A stretch of DNA of 64,000 nt from Cypionkella sp. (GTDB lineage: Bacteria; Pseudomonadota; Alphaproteobacteria; Rhodobacterales; Rhodobacteraceae), in assembly GCA_040398785.1 (NCBI GenBank), contig JBBATJ010000005.1:83717-147716 (forward strand). Reading direction: 5' to 3'. This document shows positions 50,204 through 59,785 of the stretch, one piece after another. How positions within the stretch are numbered: the first letter of the stretch is position 1; every line of letters starts with the position of its first letter. Below the pieces are notes generated by a model. It made no database searches. It saw nothing but the letters and a program-made list of their open reading frames with translations, and was not told the DNA's origin. The translations under genes were made by a program, and so were the position numbers.

Positions 50204-50787
50204 AACTGGGCCAATAGGGCATTGTGCCGCGCGATAAAATCCGCGCGCACCTGCACGGGCGGGCGCAGTTGTATCGACAGGCCACGCAAGACCGCAGGGT
50301 CTGGGGCGCCGAACAAACGATCCGCCTCGGCGCGGTCAAAGCCTGCAATCTCAACCGCCTCGGCCCAAGCGGATATTTTATCCGCCGATTTAATCGCCTG
50401 CTTAATAGCGACGGGTAAAACCGCAGGCAGGCCAAATCGCAAATGCACCGCCGCCGTCAGACGCAAATCTAATTCGCCATAGCCTGGCCCCACGGCGGAT
50501 TTGACGGGGCTGATCATATCACCAATCACATATTCAGGCGCATCATGCAGCAGGGCGGCCAATTGCCATTTCGCCGCCAAACCCGTTTGCCGCGTAAAAA
50601 TCTGTTCCACCAACAAGGAATGTTCCGCCACCGAATAGGGATAATCCCCCCGCGTCTGCCCATTCCAGCGCGCCACAAAGGCCAGACCATGGGCGATATC
50701 CGCAACCTCGATATCCATCGGGGTCGGGTCCAGCAGATCCAGCCTGCGGCCCGATAACATCCTTTGCCATGCGCGGGGTTGTTTCAT
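50200..50787 (-). CDS. HD-domain hydrolase (YfbR/5'-deoxynucleotidase-like)
   Basis: DIAHGL...YSVAEHS...ALLHDAPEY...KSAD. Confidence 0.88.
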   Translation of the reverse strand: MKQPRAWQRMLSGRRLDLLDPTPMDIEVADIAHGLAFVARWNGQTRGDYPYSVAEHSLLVEQIFTRQTGLAAKWQLAALLHDAPEYVIGDMISPVKSAVGPGYGELDLRLTAAVHLRFGLPAVLPVAIKQAIKSADKISAWAEAVEIAGFDRAEADRLFGAPDPAVLRGLSIQLRPPVQVRADFIARHNALLAQF

Positions 50788-50887
50788 CCGATCCTCAATC
50801 TTTATCGCATTTTACTGACATTTGTCGCCTAGGTTGTCGAGAGGGGGCAATCGTGCTAAGTGGCCACCAACACAAAGGAGTGCGGCA

Positions 50888-52270
50888 ATGGATTATGTTA
50901 TCAAAGATATCGGCTTGGCTGAATATGGCCGCAAAGAATTGGTTATTGCAGAGACCGAAATGCCAGGCCTGATGTCCTGCCGCGAGGAATTCGGCCCAAC
51001 CCAGCCGCTGAAAGGCGCGCGGATCGTCGGCAGTTTGCACATGACGATCCAAACCGCCGCGCTGATTGAAACGCTGGTGGCGCTGGGCGCGGATGTGCGC
51101 TGGGCCTCGTGCAACATTTTCTCTACCCAAGATCACGCTGCCGCCGCAATCGCCGCCGCTGGCATTCCGGTTTTCGCGGTCAAGGGCCAGACCCTGACCG
51201 AACATTGGGATTATCTGGACAAATCGTTCATGTTCCCAGAAGGCGCGAATATGATCCTAGATGATGGCGGCGATGCGACGCTGTATGTCCTGCTGGGCGC
51301 CCGCGCCGAAGCGGGTGAGGAAATCATTCCCGTCCCGCAATCCGAAGAAGAAGAAGTCATCAAACTGCAAATCCACAAACGCATGAAAGAATCCCCCGGC
51401 TGGTTTACCAAAACCAAGGCAGCGATCAAAGGCGTGTCTGAAGAAACCACCACAGGCGTGCACCGTTTGTATGAACTGCACAAGGCGGGGCAACTGCCCT
51501 TTCCTGCGATCAACGTCAACGATTCGGTCACGAAATCGAAATTCGACAACAAATACGGCTGCAAGGAATCGCTGGTTGACGGCATCCGCCGCGCCACCGA
51601 TACGATGATGGCGGGCAAGGTGGCCGTGGTCTGCGGTTATGGTGATGTGGGCAAAGGTTCGGCTGCATCCTTGCGCGGGGCTGGTGCGCGGGTGAAGGTG
51701 ACCGAAGTCGATCCGATCTGCGCACTGCAGGCCGCGATGGACGGGTTCGAGGTGACGTTGCTTGAGGATGAAGTTGCTTCGGCCGATATCTTTATCACAA
51801 CCACAGGCAACAAAGACGTGATCCGTATCGAACATATTCGCGAAATGAAGGATATGGCGATCGTCGGCAATATCGGCCACTTTGACAATGAAATCCAAGT
51901 GGCAGCGCTGCGCAACCACAAATGGACCAATATCAAAGAACAGGTGGATATGATCGAAATGCCGTCGGGCAATCGCATTATCCTGCTGTCCGAAGGCCGC
52001 CTGTTGAACCTTGGCAATGCCACGGGTCACCCCAGTTTCGTGATGTCGGCCAGCTTTACCAACCAAGTTTTGGCGCAGATTGAACTGTGGACCAAAGGTT
52101 CAGAATATCAACCTGGCGTTTACATCCTGCCCAAGGCGCTGGATGAAAAGGTCGCCCGCCTGCATCTGAAAAAGATCGGCGTGAAACTGACCGAACTGCG
52201 CAAGGATCAGGCCGATTATATCGGCGTCAAGATTGAGGGTCCGTTCAAGGCGGAACATTACCGCTATTGA
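50888..52270 (+). CDS. ahcY: S-adenosylhomocysteine hydrolase
   Basis: [52 protein letters not shown] and GHFDNEI. Confidence 0.99.
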   Translation: MDYVIKDIGLAEYGRKELVIAETEMPGLMSCREEFGPTQPLKGARIVGSLHMTIQTAALIETLVALGADVRWASCNIFSTQDHAAAAIAAAGIPVFAVKGQTLTEHWDYLDKSFMFPEGANMILDDGGDATLYVLLGARAEAGEEIIPVPQSEEEEVIKLQIHKRMKESPGWFTKTKAAIKGVSEETTTGVHRLYELHKAGQLPFPAINVNDSVTKSKFDNKYGCKESLVDGIRRATDTMMAGKVAVVCGYGDVGKGSAASLRGAGARVKVTEVDPICALQAAMDGFEVTLLEDEVASADIFITTTGNKDVIRIEHIREMKDMAIVGNIGHFDNEIQVAALRNHKWTNIKEQVDMIEMPSGNRIILLSEGRLLNLGNATGHPSFVMSASFTNQVLAQIELWTKGSEYQPGVYILPKALDEKVARLHLKKIGVKLTELRKDQADYIGVKIEGPFKAEHYRY

Positions 52271-52277
52271 CCATCAT

Positions 52278-52305
52278 AAGGCCCCGCAGTGTCGGGGCCT
52301 TTTTT
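52278..52305 (+). terminator. Intrinsic terminator after ahcY
   Basis: AAGGCCCCG-CAGTGT-CGGGGCCTT-TTTT. Confidence 0.88.
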
Positions 52306-52358
52306 CTGGGAAATAGAAAATTCGATACTTTATTTAGGCATTTTCAAACGAGGGTATT

Positions 52359-52700
52359 ATGAGCAAACGCGACGCATTGATCCAAAAATACGCAGAAGAC
52401 TTGAAAACCAAATGTAAGGTCGATCCAAAGATTGATCTTTTGACCAAGGTGACGATCGGTTGTGGCCCGTCTATCTACAGCGCGGACGGCGAAACCATCG
52501 CCGCATCTGACGCGGCAGAATTGGACCGCGTGCGCAAAAACTTTTTGATCAAGAAATTGGGCCTGCCCGACAGCCCCGCCCTGACCGAGGCGATAGACGC
52601 CGTTATCGACACCTATGGCCGCAGCGAGAGTCAAAAATACCGCGCGGTCGTCTATTATCTGCTGACAGTGCATTTCCGCAAAGAATCGGTGTTTGGATAG
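52359..52700 (+). CDS. DUF2853-family protein
   Basis: LLTKVTIGCGPSIY...ELDRVRKNFLIKKLGL...KYRAVVYYLL matches my recollection of this family. Confidence 0.8.
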   Translation: MSKRDALIQKYAEDLKTKCKVDPKIDLLTKVTIGCGPSIYSADGETIAASDAAELDRVRKNFLIKKLGLPDSPALTEAIDAVIDTYGRSESQKYRAVVYYLLTVHFRKESVFG

Positions 52701-52711
52701 ATCAAGCTTTA

Positions 52712-52752
52712 GGCGCTTGGTCTTTGTGCCAAGCGCCGTTTTGCGATATACA
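52712..52752 (+). promoter_or_regulatory. Hairpin after DUF2853 overlapping a candidate sigma70 promoter
   Basis: GGCGCTTGG-N8-CCAAGCGCC hairpin (52712-52737); TTGTGC (52724)-N17-TATACA (52747). Confidence 0.55.
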
Positions 52753-52759
52753 AAGATAT

Positions 52760-52859
52760 GGGCAGTAGGCCCAAGACCCTTTTGAACAGAACACGTGTGG
52801 TGCTAGGGGAACACGTGGGGTGGATGGGGGGTCTTTAGGGGTAAGGGCCCCCCATTTTT
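52760..52859 (+). ncRNA. Candidate structured small RNA (unassigned)
   Basis: Starts 7 nt after the candidate -10 box; three predicted stem-loops; ends in a G/C hairpin plus T tract. See findings. Confidence 0.4.
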
Positions 52860-53253
52860 AAACCAGTGTCAGCACCAAGCCAATAATCCCGCAGCCAATA
52901 ATCGCATAACCGCCGTCGATCAGCGTCAGCATAAACGGACGGTTCACATAGGCATTGTTGATCATCGTCCAAGGCGCGATGAAAAATGCGCCAACGCCAA
53001 GCCCTGAAATCGCGCCCGCACCTGCGGTATTTATGCCAGAGGTCGCGAAAATATGCCGCATAAAGCCTGCCACAATCACCATGCACAGCGCCGACAAGGC
53101 AAAGGGCAGGGCGCCCGCGCCGTTGATCGGCCGTCCATTTTCGTCGCATTGGATGCCCGCCGCCCGCATCCACGGTTTTGATAAAACCATATACCAAATC
53201 GCCCCAAAGGCCCATGATCCAAAGGCCGCCGCGATGACACTTAGAAATCCCAT
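52858..53253 (-). CDS. DUF1761-family small membrane protein
   Basis: FGAIWYMVLSKPWM...LTLIDGGY; four hydrophobic segments; SD AGGAGG. Confidence 0.8.
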   Translation of the reverse strand: MGFLSVIAAAFGSWAFGAIWYMVLSKPWMRAAGIQCDENGRPINGAGALPFALSALCMVIVAGFMRHIFATSGINTAGAGAISGLGVGAFFIAPWTMINNAYVNRPFMLTLIDGGYAIIGCGIIGLVLTLV

Positions 53254-53299
53254 TGTTCCCTCCTGTTTTGTGACAGGCTAGGACGTTCGCATTGCGCAA

Positions 53300-53707
53300 T
53301 CAAATACTTTCGCCCAAGGCGCAGATGATATCCCATTCCGTCAGCGAAACAGGTTGCACGGATAAGCGCGGGCTTTTCACCAGCGCCATATCGGCCAGAC
53401 TGGCGGTATTTTTGCAGGTTTCTAATGTCACGGGGGTCAACGCCCGCAAAGGTCGCAGCCACACTGACTCCCAGCGCGGATCATCTGTTGTGCTGTCAGG
53501 GCCTGCGGTTTTGGTGATCTCGGCAATCCCCACAATCGCCTTGCCAATATTGGAATGATAGAAAAACGCCAGATCGCCCACCGCCATCGCCCGCAGATAG
53601 TTGCGCGCCTGATAATTGCGAATACCTGTCCATTCTGATTCCCCTGCCGCCAACAAATGCGACCAGCCGAATGTGTCGGGTTCGGATTTCAGCAGCCAGC
53701 GGTTCAC
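53300..53707 (-). CDS. EVE-domain protein
   Basis: WLLKSEP, WTGIRNYQARNYL...GDLAFFYHS and RLSVQPV; GTG start overlapping the yciI stop. Confidence 0.93.
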   Translation of the reverse strand: MNRWLLKSEPDTFGWSHLLAAGESEWTGIRNYQARNYLRAMAVGDLAFFYHSNIGKAIVGIAEITKTAGPDSTTDDPRWESVWLRPLRALTPVTLETCKNTASLADMALVKSPRLSVQPVSLTEWDIICALGESI

Positions 53708-53973
53708 CCGATCACCTTTTTCCATTCACGGATATCGACCGATTGAAACAACCCCGCCCGTGCATAGGGATCATTACCGGCCCAAGCCTCGGCCGCCGCC
53801 ATATCGGCCACGTCCAAAATGATCAGACTGCCGATCATCGCGCCATCTTGCAAAAATGGCCCAGCCATTTCGACCACACCTGACGATTCGATATGCGCCA
53901 AATGTGCGGCACGATTGTCTAGTCGGGTCTGCAATGCCCCCGCTTTGTCGATACAGATAAGGGCAACACGCAT
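53704..53973 (-). CDS. YciI-family protein
   Basis: RLDNRAAHL, AGPFL...GSLIIL and DPYARAG. Confidence 0.92.
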   Translation of the reverse strand: MRVALICIDKAGALQTRLDNRAAHLAHIESSGVVEMAGPFLQDGAMIGSLIILDVADMAAAEAWAGNDPYARAGLFQSVDIREWKKVIG

Positions 53974-53975
53974 GA

Positions 53976-54881
53976 TTATTCCTTTTTCAGTGGGCGCGAC
54001 ATTAGTGCCGATATGGCCAAGTCTAATTCAATTTCCCCGTCCAACAAAGCCGCAACCATCTGGGTGATGGGCATTTCTATGCCCATGATTTTGGCCATGT
54101 TAGAGACTGCTTTTGCTGTGGCGACCCCCTCGACAGTGATTTTGGGATCAAACGGGCGGCCTGCGCCCCGCGCGAAACCGAATTGATAATTGCGCGATCC
54201 GTCCCCGCAGGTCAGCACCAAATCGCCAAGACCCGACAGGCCCGCCAACGTTTCTGCCCGCGCACCATGCGCCAGCGCCATACGCTGCATTTCCGCAAAG
54301 CCGCGCGTCATCAATGCCGCCCGCGCCGAGGCACCCAGACCCGCGCCCATCACAATCCCTGCTGCGATGGCGATAACGTTCTTCAGCGCTCCGCCCAGTT
54401 CTGCGCCGATGATATCCGTGCTGTGATAAAGCCGCAGGTTTTTGGTCGACAGCATTATCTGTAAATCTGCCGCATCCGCGCCTTGATAGGCAAGGGTCAG
54501 CGCCGTGGGCATTCCGCGCAGAATATCGGCGGCGAAACTGGGGCCGGTCAGAACGCCGATCGGTGACTTGGGCATGGCCCGCGCGATCACCGCAGTTGGT
54601 CCCGTCAGGGTGGTCAAATCAACGCCCTTGCAGCAGGCAATCAACGGCTGGTCCCCAAAGGCAGCCGCCTGTTCTGCCATGACCTGCGACAAGACCTGCA
54701 TCGGCAGGGCAATCAAGATCACATCAGCGTCATGCAGATCATAGGCATTTTGCGTGACCGCGAGGTTCGCTGTGCGCAGATCAACCGGCTTGCGGCCCCA
54801 CAGGATCACGTCCCGCCCCTCGCGCGCCAAGACCACGGCAAGCGCGGTTCCAAAGGCCCCCGCGCCCAAAACGCCGATCAT
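53976..54881 (-). CDS. gpsA: NAD(P)H-dependent glycerol-3-phosphate dehydrogenase
   Basis: [39 protein letters not shown] and EGV. Start at ATG 54881 overlapping the tsaD stop. Confidence 0.95.
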   Translation of the reverse strand: MIGVLGAGAFGTALAVVLAREGRDVILWGRKPVDLRTANLAVTQNAYDLHDADVILIALPMQVLSQVMAEQAAAFGDQPLIACCKGVDLTTLTGPTAVIARAMPKSPIGVLTGPSFAADILRGMPTALTLAYQGADAADLQIMLSTKNLRLYHSTDIIGAELGGALKNVIAIAAGIVMGAGLGASARAALMTRGFAEMQRMALAHGARAETLAGLSGLGDLVLTCGDGSRNYQFGFARGAGRPFDPKITVEGVATAKAVSNMAKIMGIEMPITQMVAALLDGEIELDLAISALMSRPLKKE

Positions 54882-55966
54882 GCCTTGGCCCCCTTTTTGC
54901 CCGACCCGATCATCGGGGATGCGCGCGCGTCCAAGGGCCATCTGGGACGTGCGATCAGGTCATCGGGTTGAACGACACCCGCAAGATGGCGCTCTATCCC
55001 CGCCCAAGCAATCATCGCCGCATTATCGGTGCACAGCCGCAGGGGGGGGGCATAGAATGCGACAGCCATATCGCCACAAACAGTCTCTAACCTTGCCCTT
55101 AGAGTCTGATTTGCCGAAACGCCACCCGCCACGGCAAAGCTGGGGCTTGGAGGATGAAGATCCATATACAGCATCAAAGCGCGTTTGGTCTTTTCTGCCA
55201 AAACCTCTGATACAGCCATTTGAAAACCGGCGCATAAATCACGGCGATCTTGCAATGTTAGACCCGATTTTTCCGCGATAATCGCATCCCGCGCCCGCAG
55301 AACGGCGGTTTTCAAACCCGAAAAGGACAGATCACAACCGGCGCGATCCAGCAGGGGGCGCGGAAAGGAAAAGCGTTTTGGATCCCCCAATCGCGCCTCT
55401 GACTCAACGGCGGGGCCGCCCGGTTGTGGCAGGGCCAACAGCTTGGCGATTTTGTCAAAGGCTTCGCCCGGGGCGTCGTCGATTGTGCCACCCAAACGTT
55501 CAAATCGGTCAGGCCCATGCGCGATCAGAAATTGGCAATGCCCCCCCGAAATCAGCAGCATTAGATAGGGAAAGGCCAGTCCATCCGTCAGGCGCGGCGT
55601 CAGCGCATGGCCCGCAAGGTGGTTCACACCAATCAACGGCAAACCCGCCCCCGCGGCCAAGCCCTTGGCCAGCATCACACCCGACAAAACCCCGCCAATC
55701 AACCCTGGCCCTGCGGTGACCGCGATGCCATCCAGATCGTGCAAAGCCATCCCCGCCTGTGACAGCGCCGCCTCAACGCAGTGATCCAACCGTTCGGCAT
55801 GGGCGCGGGCGGCGATTTCGGGAACAACGCCGCCGAAATTGGCGTGCAGGGCGGTTTGCCCCTCAACCACGGACGACAGAATATGCGCGACACCCCCGTC
55901 ATAGGACACGACCGCCGCCGCAGAATCGTCGCAACTGGATTCGATCCCCAAAAATGTCAGGCCCAA
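54878..55966 (-). CDS. tsaD: t6A synthase subunit TsaD
   Basis: [45 protein letters not shown] and TDNAAMIA; TTG start. Confidence 0.97.
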   Translation of the reverse strand: MGLTFLGIESSCDDSAAAVVSYDGGVAHILSSVVEGQTALHANFGGVVPEIAARAHAERLDHCVEAALSQAGMALHDLDGIAVTAGPGLIGGVLSGVMLAKGLAAGAGLPLIGVNHLAGHALTPRLTDGLAFPYLMLLISGGHCQFLIAHGPDRFERLGGTIDDAPGEAFDKIAKLLALPQPGGPAVESEARLGDPKRFSFPRPLLDRAGCDLSFSGLKTAVLRARDAIIAEKSGLTLQDRRDLCAGFQMAVSEVLAEKTKRALMLYMDLHPPSPSFAVAGGVSANQTLRARLETVCGDMAVAFYAPPLRLCTDNAAMIAWAGIERHLAGVVQPDDLIARPRWPLDARASPMIGSGKKGAKA

Positions 55967-56012
55967 TGCCCTGTTCCTTTACATTATCCAAGTCGCAGGT
56001 AACACTTTGGGG

Positions 56013-56708
56013 ATGATGCGACAATCCCATGCCCCCATTGTGCTGACCCGACCCTTGCCGCAAAGCCAGCGCTTTGCGGATCAATTGGCGGGTTTGGGGC
56101 GGCAGATTGTTTTGTCGCCTTTGATGGCGGTTCAGATGCTGCCTGCGCCGCGCCCAAGCGGCGCCTTCGCGGCTGTCATCTTTACCTCGGAAACCGCCGT
56201 TTTGGCGCAGATGCAGGATTTGCCAAAACGCGCCTATTGTGTAGGGAAACGCACCGCTGATGTGGCGCGTGCGGCGGGGTTTACGACGCGATCCGCGCAG
56301 GGCGATTGGCGGGCATTATGTGATCTGATCCTTGCTGATCCACCGCAGGGCAGGTTGCTGTTTTTACACGCAGCAGAGGCGGCACAAGATTTACCAAATG
56401 CGTTAAATTTAGCAGGATCAGAGACTGTTTCTGTCCAAGTTTATCGCCAAAACGCCCAAGCGCTGACCGAACAGGCAACCCAGATTCTTTGCCAAGATAG
56501 CCCCGTGATCGTGCCGCTGTTTTCGGCGCGATCGGCGGTGTTATTTGACAATGAATATAAACGTATTGCGGCCACAGCGCCCATTTTCGCCGCCGCCCTA
56601 AGTGCGCAAGTGGCCGCCCATATCGTCGCCGCGCAATTGCGGATCGCCGCCCGACCCGACGCACGGGCGATGGTGGACGCAGTGACAGAATTGGCGGGCT
56701 TGTGCTGA
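56013..56708 (+). CDS. hemD: Uroporphyrinogen-III synthase
   Basis: VLTRPLPQS, IFTSETAV, CVGKRTA, VYRQ and LFSARSA. Confidence 0.88.
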   Translation: MMRQSHAPIVLTRPLPQSQRFADQLAGLGRQIVLSPLMAVQMLPAPRPSGAFAAVIFTSETAVLAQMQDLPKRAYCVGKRTADVARAAGFTTRSAQGDWRALCDLILADPPQGRLLFLHAAEAAQDLPNALNLAGSETVSVQVYRQNAQALTEQATQILCQDSPVIVPLFSARSAVLFDNEYKRIAATAPIFAAALSAQVAAHIVAAQLRIAARPDARAMVDAVTELAGLC

Positions 56709-56778
56709 TCTGGGTCTGTGCGGCTTGAACAGGGGGGCAGCACAGCATAGGTTTAAAAAAACGGATTAGGATTTGGGT

Positions 56779-57777
56779 ATGGCGAGAAAGACAAGCACCA
56801 GCGCGGCACCCGAAGAGGCCCCTGTTCAGCCCCAGATCGTTGAGGCAGAGGTGGTATCAGCGCCTGAAAACCGCACCTCTAAACCCAGTCGATCGGGATT
56901 CTTGGCGGGTGTCCTTGTGGGCATTGTGGCGGCGGGGGCTGGCTATGGGGTGGCGACATTCTATCCGTTGCAAAAAAAATCCGCAGACACTGCCCCTCTG
57001 TTGGCGCAAATTGACGACCTTAGGGCGCAAGTGGCCGCCATTCCTGACCCGACTGCTCGGCTGGACCAGATGGAACAGGCGATCAAATCCGCCCCCGATT
57101 TGGGGCAGATCACCGCACGGCTTGTGGCGCTTGAGGCGCGGCCAAGCGGGGTCTCGGCGCAAATGCAAAACGATATTGCGGCACTTCAGGCGCAATCGAA
57201 ACCCTTTGATCCTACCCCCGCCGTTCAGGCCGCAATTGCCGCAGAGATGGATGCGGTCAAAAAATCTGCTGCTGCCATGCAGGCTGACGCGCAGGCGGCC
57301 GCCCAACAGGCGATGCGCACGGCCGAAATCGCCCTGTTGCGGGCCGCTTTGGACACGGGCGCGCCCTTTGCTTCGGCCAAGTCTCTGGCTGATCTGCCCC
57401 CCGTTTTGGCCGATCATGCCGAAACGGGTCTGCCCAGCCTGACCGCGTTGAAAGACAGCTTTCCTGATGCCGCGCGACGCGCACTTGAGGCGGCTTTGCA
57501 GGCCAATATGGGCGGCACTTGGGCCGAGCGCGTGACGAATTTCCTGCGGGCGCAGACGGGTGCCCGTGCCCTAACCCCGCGCGATGGTCATGATCCCGAT
57601 GCGATCCTGTCGCGGGCTGAGGCGGCGCTGAATGCGGCTGATTTGACCAGCGCCTTAACGGAAATCAAATCCCTTCCGACCGAGGCGCAAACGGCCCTGC
57701 AAGATTGGACAATCAACGCCACCCTGCGCCAATCCGCCCTTGACGCCCTGACGGCGCTTGCCGCGACAAAGGAATAA
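56779..57777 (+). CDS. COG4223 mitofilin-domain inner-membrane protein (alphaproteobacterial Mic60)
   Basis: One TM (FLAGVLVGIVAAGAGYGV), long Ala/Gln-rich coiled coil, C-terminal ILSRAEAALNAADLTSALTEI...DW; lies between hemD and hemY-like. Confidence 0.8.
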   Translation: MARKTSTSAAPEEAPVQPQIVEAEVVSAPENRTSKPSRSGFLAGVLVGIVAAGAGYGVATFYPLQKKSADTAPLLAQIDDLRAQVAAIPDPTARLDQMEQAIKSAPDLGQITARLVALEARPSGVSAQMQNDIAALQAQSKPFDPTPAVQAAIAAEMDAVKKSAAAMQADAQAAAQQAMRTAEIALLRAALDTGAPFASAKSLADLPPVLADHAETGLPSLTALKDSFPDAARRALEAALQANMGGTWAERVTNFLRAQTGARALTPRDGHDPDAILSRAEAALNAADLTSALTEIKSLPTEAQTALQDWTINATLRQSALDALTALAATKE

Positions 57778-57780
57778 TCG

Positions 57781-59208
57781 ATGCTGTGGTCCCTGTTGAA
57801 AGTCACCCTGTTTGTCGCCCTAATCGCGGGTCTAAGTTTTGGCGCGGATCAGTTGATGCACAGTCAACAAGGGTTCCAGATTGCCTTTGCGGGGTGGGAG
57901 TTTAATTTGGGGCCATTACAGGCGGCAATTTTGTTGCTGCTGATTTTGGCGGCCATGTGGGTGTTGATGCGGGTGATCGGGCTGATCGTTGCAACTTTGC
58001 GCTTTGTGACGGGGGATGAAACCGCCCTATCGCGCTATTTTGATCGCAACCGCGAACAAAAGGGGTATCAGGCGTTGAACGATGGCTTGATCGCCTTGGC
58101 GTCAGGTGAGGGGCGTTTGGCGCTGTTGCGCGCCCAACGGGCGGAAAAATATCTGCGCAAACCCGAAATCACCAGCCTGTTGATCGCCCAAGCCGCCGAA
58201 GTGGCGGGGGATACGGCCAAGGCAACATCGGCGTATAAGACACTGCTTGCAAACGATAAAACCCGCTTTGTTGGTGTGCGCGGATTGTTGAAACAAAAAC
58301 TGGCCGAGGGGGATACAGCCACCGCGCTGCAACTGGCGGAAAAGGCCTTTGCCCTACGGCCCAAACATCGCGAAACCCAAGATATTCTGTTGCAATTGCA
58401 ATCGGGGGCCGCGGATTGGTCGGGGGCGCGGGCCACATTGGGTGCAAAACTGCGTGATGGCAGCCTGCCCAAGGATGTGTTTCGCCGTCGCGATGCCGTG
58501 ATGGCCTTGCAACTGGCCAAAGGGGTTTTGGATGCGGACGCAAGCATTGAGGCGCGCGAGGCGGCAATTGATGCCAACAAAAAATCGCCTGATCTGATCC
58601 CTGCCGCCGCAATGGCCGCGCGCGCCTTGATCGACAAGAATGACGGAAAAACCGCTGAACGTATTTTGAAAAAGGCATGGGCCGCGCAACCCCATCCCGA
58701 TCTTGCCGCCGCCTTTGCCGAAATCCATGCGGATGAGACACCCGCCGCGCGGCTGAAACGCTTTCGCGCGCTGACCGATCAAAAACCCAATGATCCCGAA
58801 ACCAAACAGCTTTTGGCTGAATTGAACATCGCCGCCGAGGACTTTCCCGCCGCCCGCCGCGCCTTGGGCGATTTGGTAACAGCGGATCCTACGCAACGCA
58901 GTCTGGTCATTATGGCCGCGATTGAGCGGGGCGAGGGCAGCGATGACGCGGTGGTGCGCGGTTGGCTGTCGCGTGCGTTGACCGCGCCACGCGGACCGCA
59001 ATGGTGCTGTGATACCTGTCAGGCGATCCATTCCGAATGGGGTCCGATTTGCAGCAATTGCAACGGGTTTGACACGCTGTCTTGGCGCCGCCCCTCCGAG
59101 ACATCTGGCCCCAGCGCCACGGGGTCTGAATTGTTGCCGCTTTTGGTCAATTCCCCCAAGGCCGATCCGATCCAAGACCTTGCCGCCGTCGCACGCGGTG
59201 CAAATTAG
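57781..59208 (+). CDS. HemY-like TPR membrane protein (Orf52) with C-terminal Zn/rubredoxin ribbon
   Basis: Two N-terminal TMs, GLIALASGEG...A TPR-like helices, WCCDTC...CSNC motif. Confidence 0.85.
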   Translation: MLWSLLKVTLFVALIAGLSFGADQLMHSQQGFQIAFAGWEFNLGPLQAAILLLLILAAMWVLMRVIGLIVATLRFVTGDETALSRYFDRNREQKGYQALNDGLIALASGEGRLALLRAQRAEKYLRKPEITSLLIAQAAEVAGDTAKATSAYKTLLANDKTRFVGVRGLLKQKLAEGDTATALQLAEKAFALRPKHRETQDILLQLQSGAADWSGARATLGAKLRDGSLPKDVFRRRDAVMALQLAKGVLDADASIEAREAAIDANKKSPDLIPAAAMAARALIDKNDGKTAERILKKAWAAQPHPDLAAAFAEIHADETPAARLKRFRALTDQKPNDPETKQLLAELNIAAEDFPAARRALGDLVTADPTQRSLVIMAAIERGEGSDDAVVRGWLSRALTAPRGPQWCCDTCQAIHSEWGPICSNCNGFDTLSWRRPSETSGPSATGSELLPLLVNSPKADPIQDLAAVARGAN

Positions 59209-59269
59209 GCCGACCGCCCCCAAAAAGCGATGCTAAGCATTCGGCCTTTGGGCGTTCGCTAAGCCGAAT

Positions 59270-59689
59270 TTATTGCCTGCAGTCTGATCCAAAAACATAG
59301 ATTGGCGCGATAACATCGCCTACGGCGTTCCGAACCCTTAAGCCCAAAGATGATAGGCACGCGCTTGCAACGTCAGTTCGACCTGATCCTGGCTGACCCC
59401 AAGAAGGACGGGCACGCTCTATCGCCTGTGCCACAACGCCCTTATGTTCCGACGTTAAACGCGGCCAATCTGACCCTTGCCCGTAACGCCCGTGCAAGGC
59501 AAAGCGGCCCTCGGTCGATGACGAAAGCAACGAAACCGCGCCGAAGCAGAAGGCCAAGAGCGCCAAGCTGGATGCAGACCCTGCCGCATAGGCCAGTGCC
59601 CGGACGCGCGAACCCCGTCCAAAACAGTCAAAAATTGAAGAAAAATGAACCCACAGCGACACATCGGGTCTAGGCATTCCCCCTGTCAT
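59270..59689 (-). CDS. Possible 139-aa ORFan with one hydrophobic segment
   Basis: Fills the gap between hemY-like and tRNA-Thr; hydrophobic ALAYAAGSASSLALLAFCFGAVSLL; no clear SD and no recognisable family. Confidence 0.3.
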   Translation of the reverse strand: MTGGMPRPDVSLWVHFSSIFDCFGRGSRVRALAYAAGSASSLALLAFCFGAVSLLSSSTEGRFALHGRYGQGSDWPRLTSEHKGVVAQAIERARPSWGQPGSGRTDVASACLSSLGLRVRNAVGDVIAPIYVFGSDCRQ

Positions 59690-59709
59690 GATGTAGAGAC
59701 AGGCGCATT

Positions 59710-59785
59710 GCCCCAATAGCTCAGATGGTAGAGCAATTGCTTCGTAAGCAATGGGTCGGCGGTTCGAGTCCGTCTTGGGGCACCA
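59710..59785 (+). tRNA. tRNA-Thr(CGT)
   Basis: GCCCCAA/TTGGGGC acceptor (one G-T pair), ATTGC-TTCGTAA-GCAAT anticodon arm, GGTTCGAGTCC, encoded CCA; 76 nt. Confidence 0.96.

Noticed and set aside
50788-50887. SAH or SAM riboswitch upstream of ahcY
   Set aside because: No GAGGAGCG core or other riboswitch consensus; the 100-bp region is a divergent promoter spacer.
52760-52859. Assignment of the structured element to SRP, 6S, tmRNA or RNase P RNA
   Set aside because: It lacks the SRP GGAA/GCAG helix 8, the tmRNA GGGGC...GAC and ANDN tag, and the RNase P GAGGAAAGUC; it is too short for 6S.
59350-59673. + strand ORF containing FDLILADP, resembling a methyltransferase DPPY motif
   Set aside because: Only 9 residues precede the motif, an in-frame stop lies just upstream, PPY is absent and the rest is low-complexity; coincidence.
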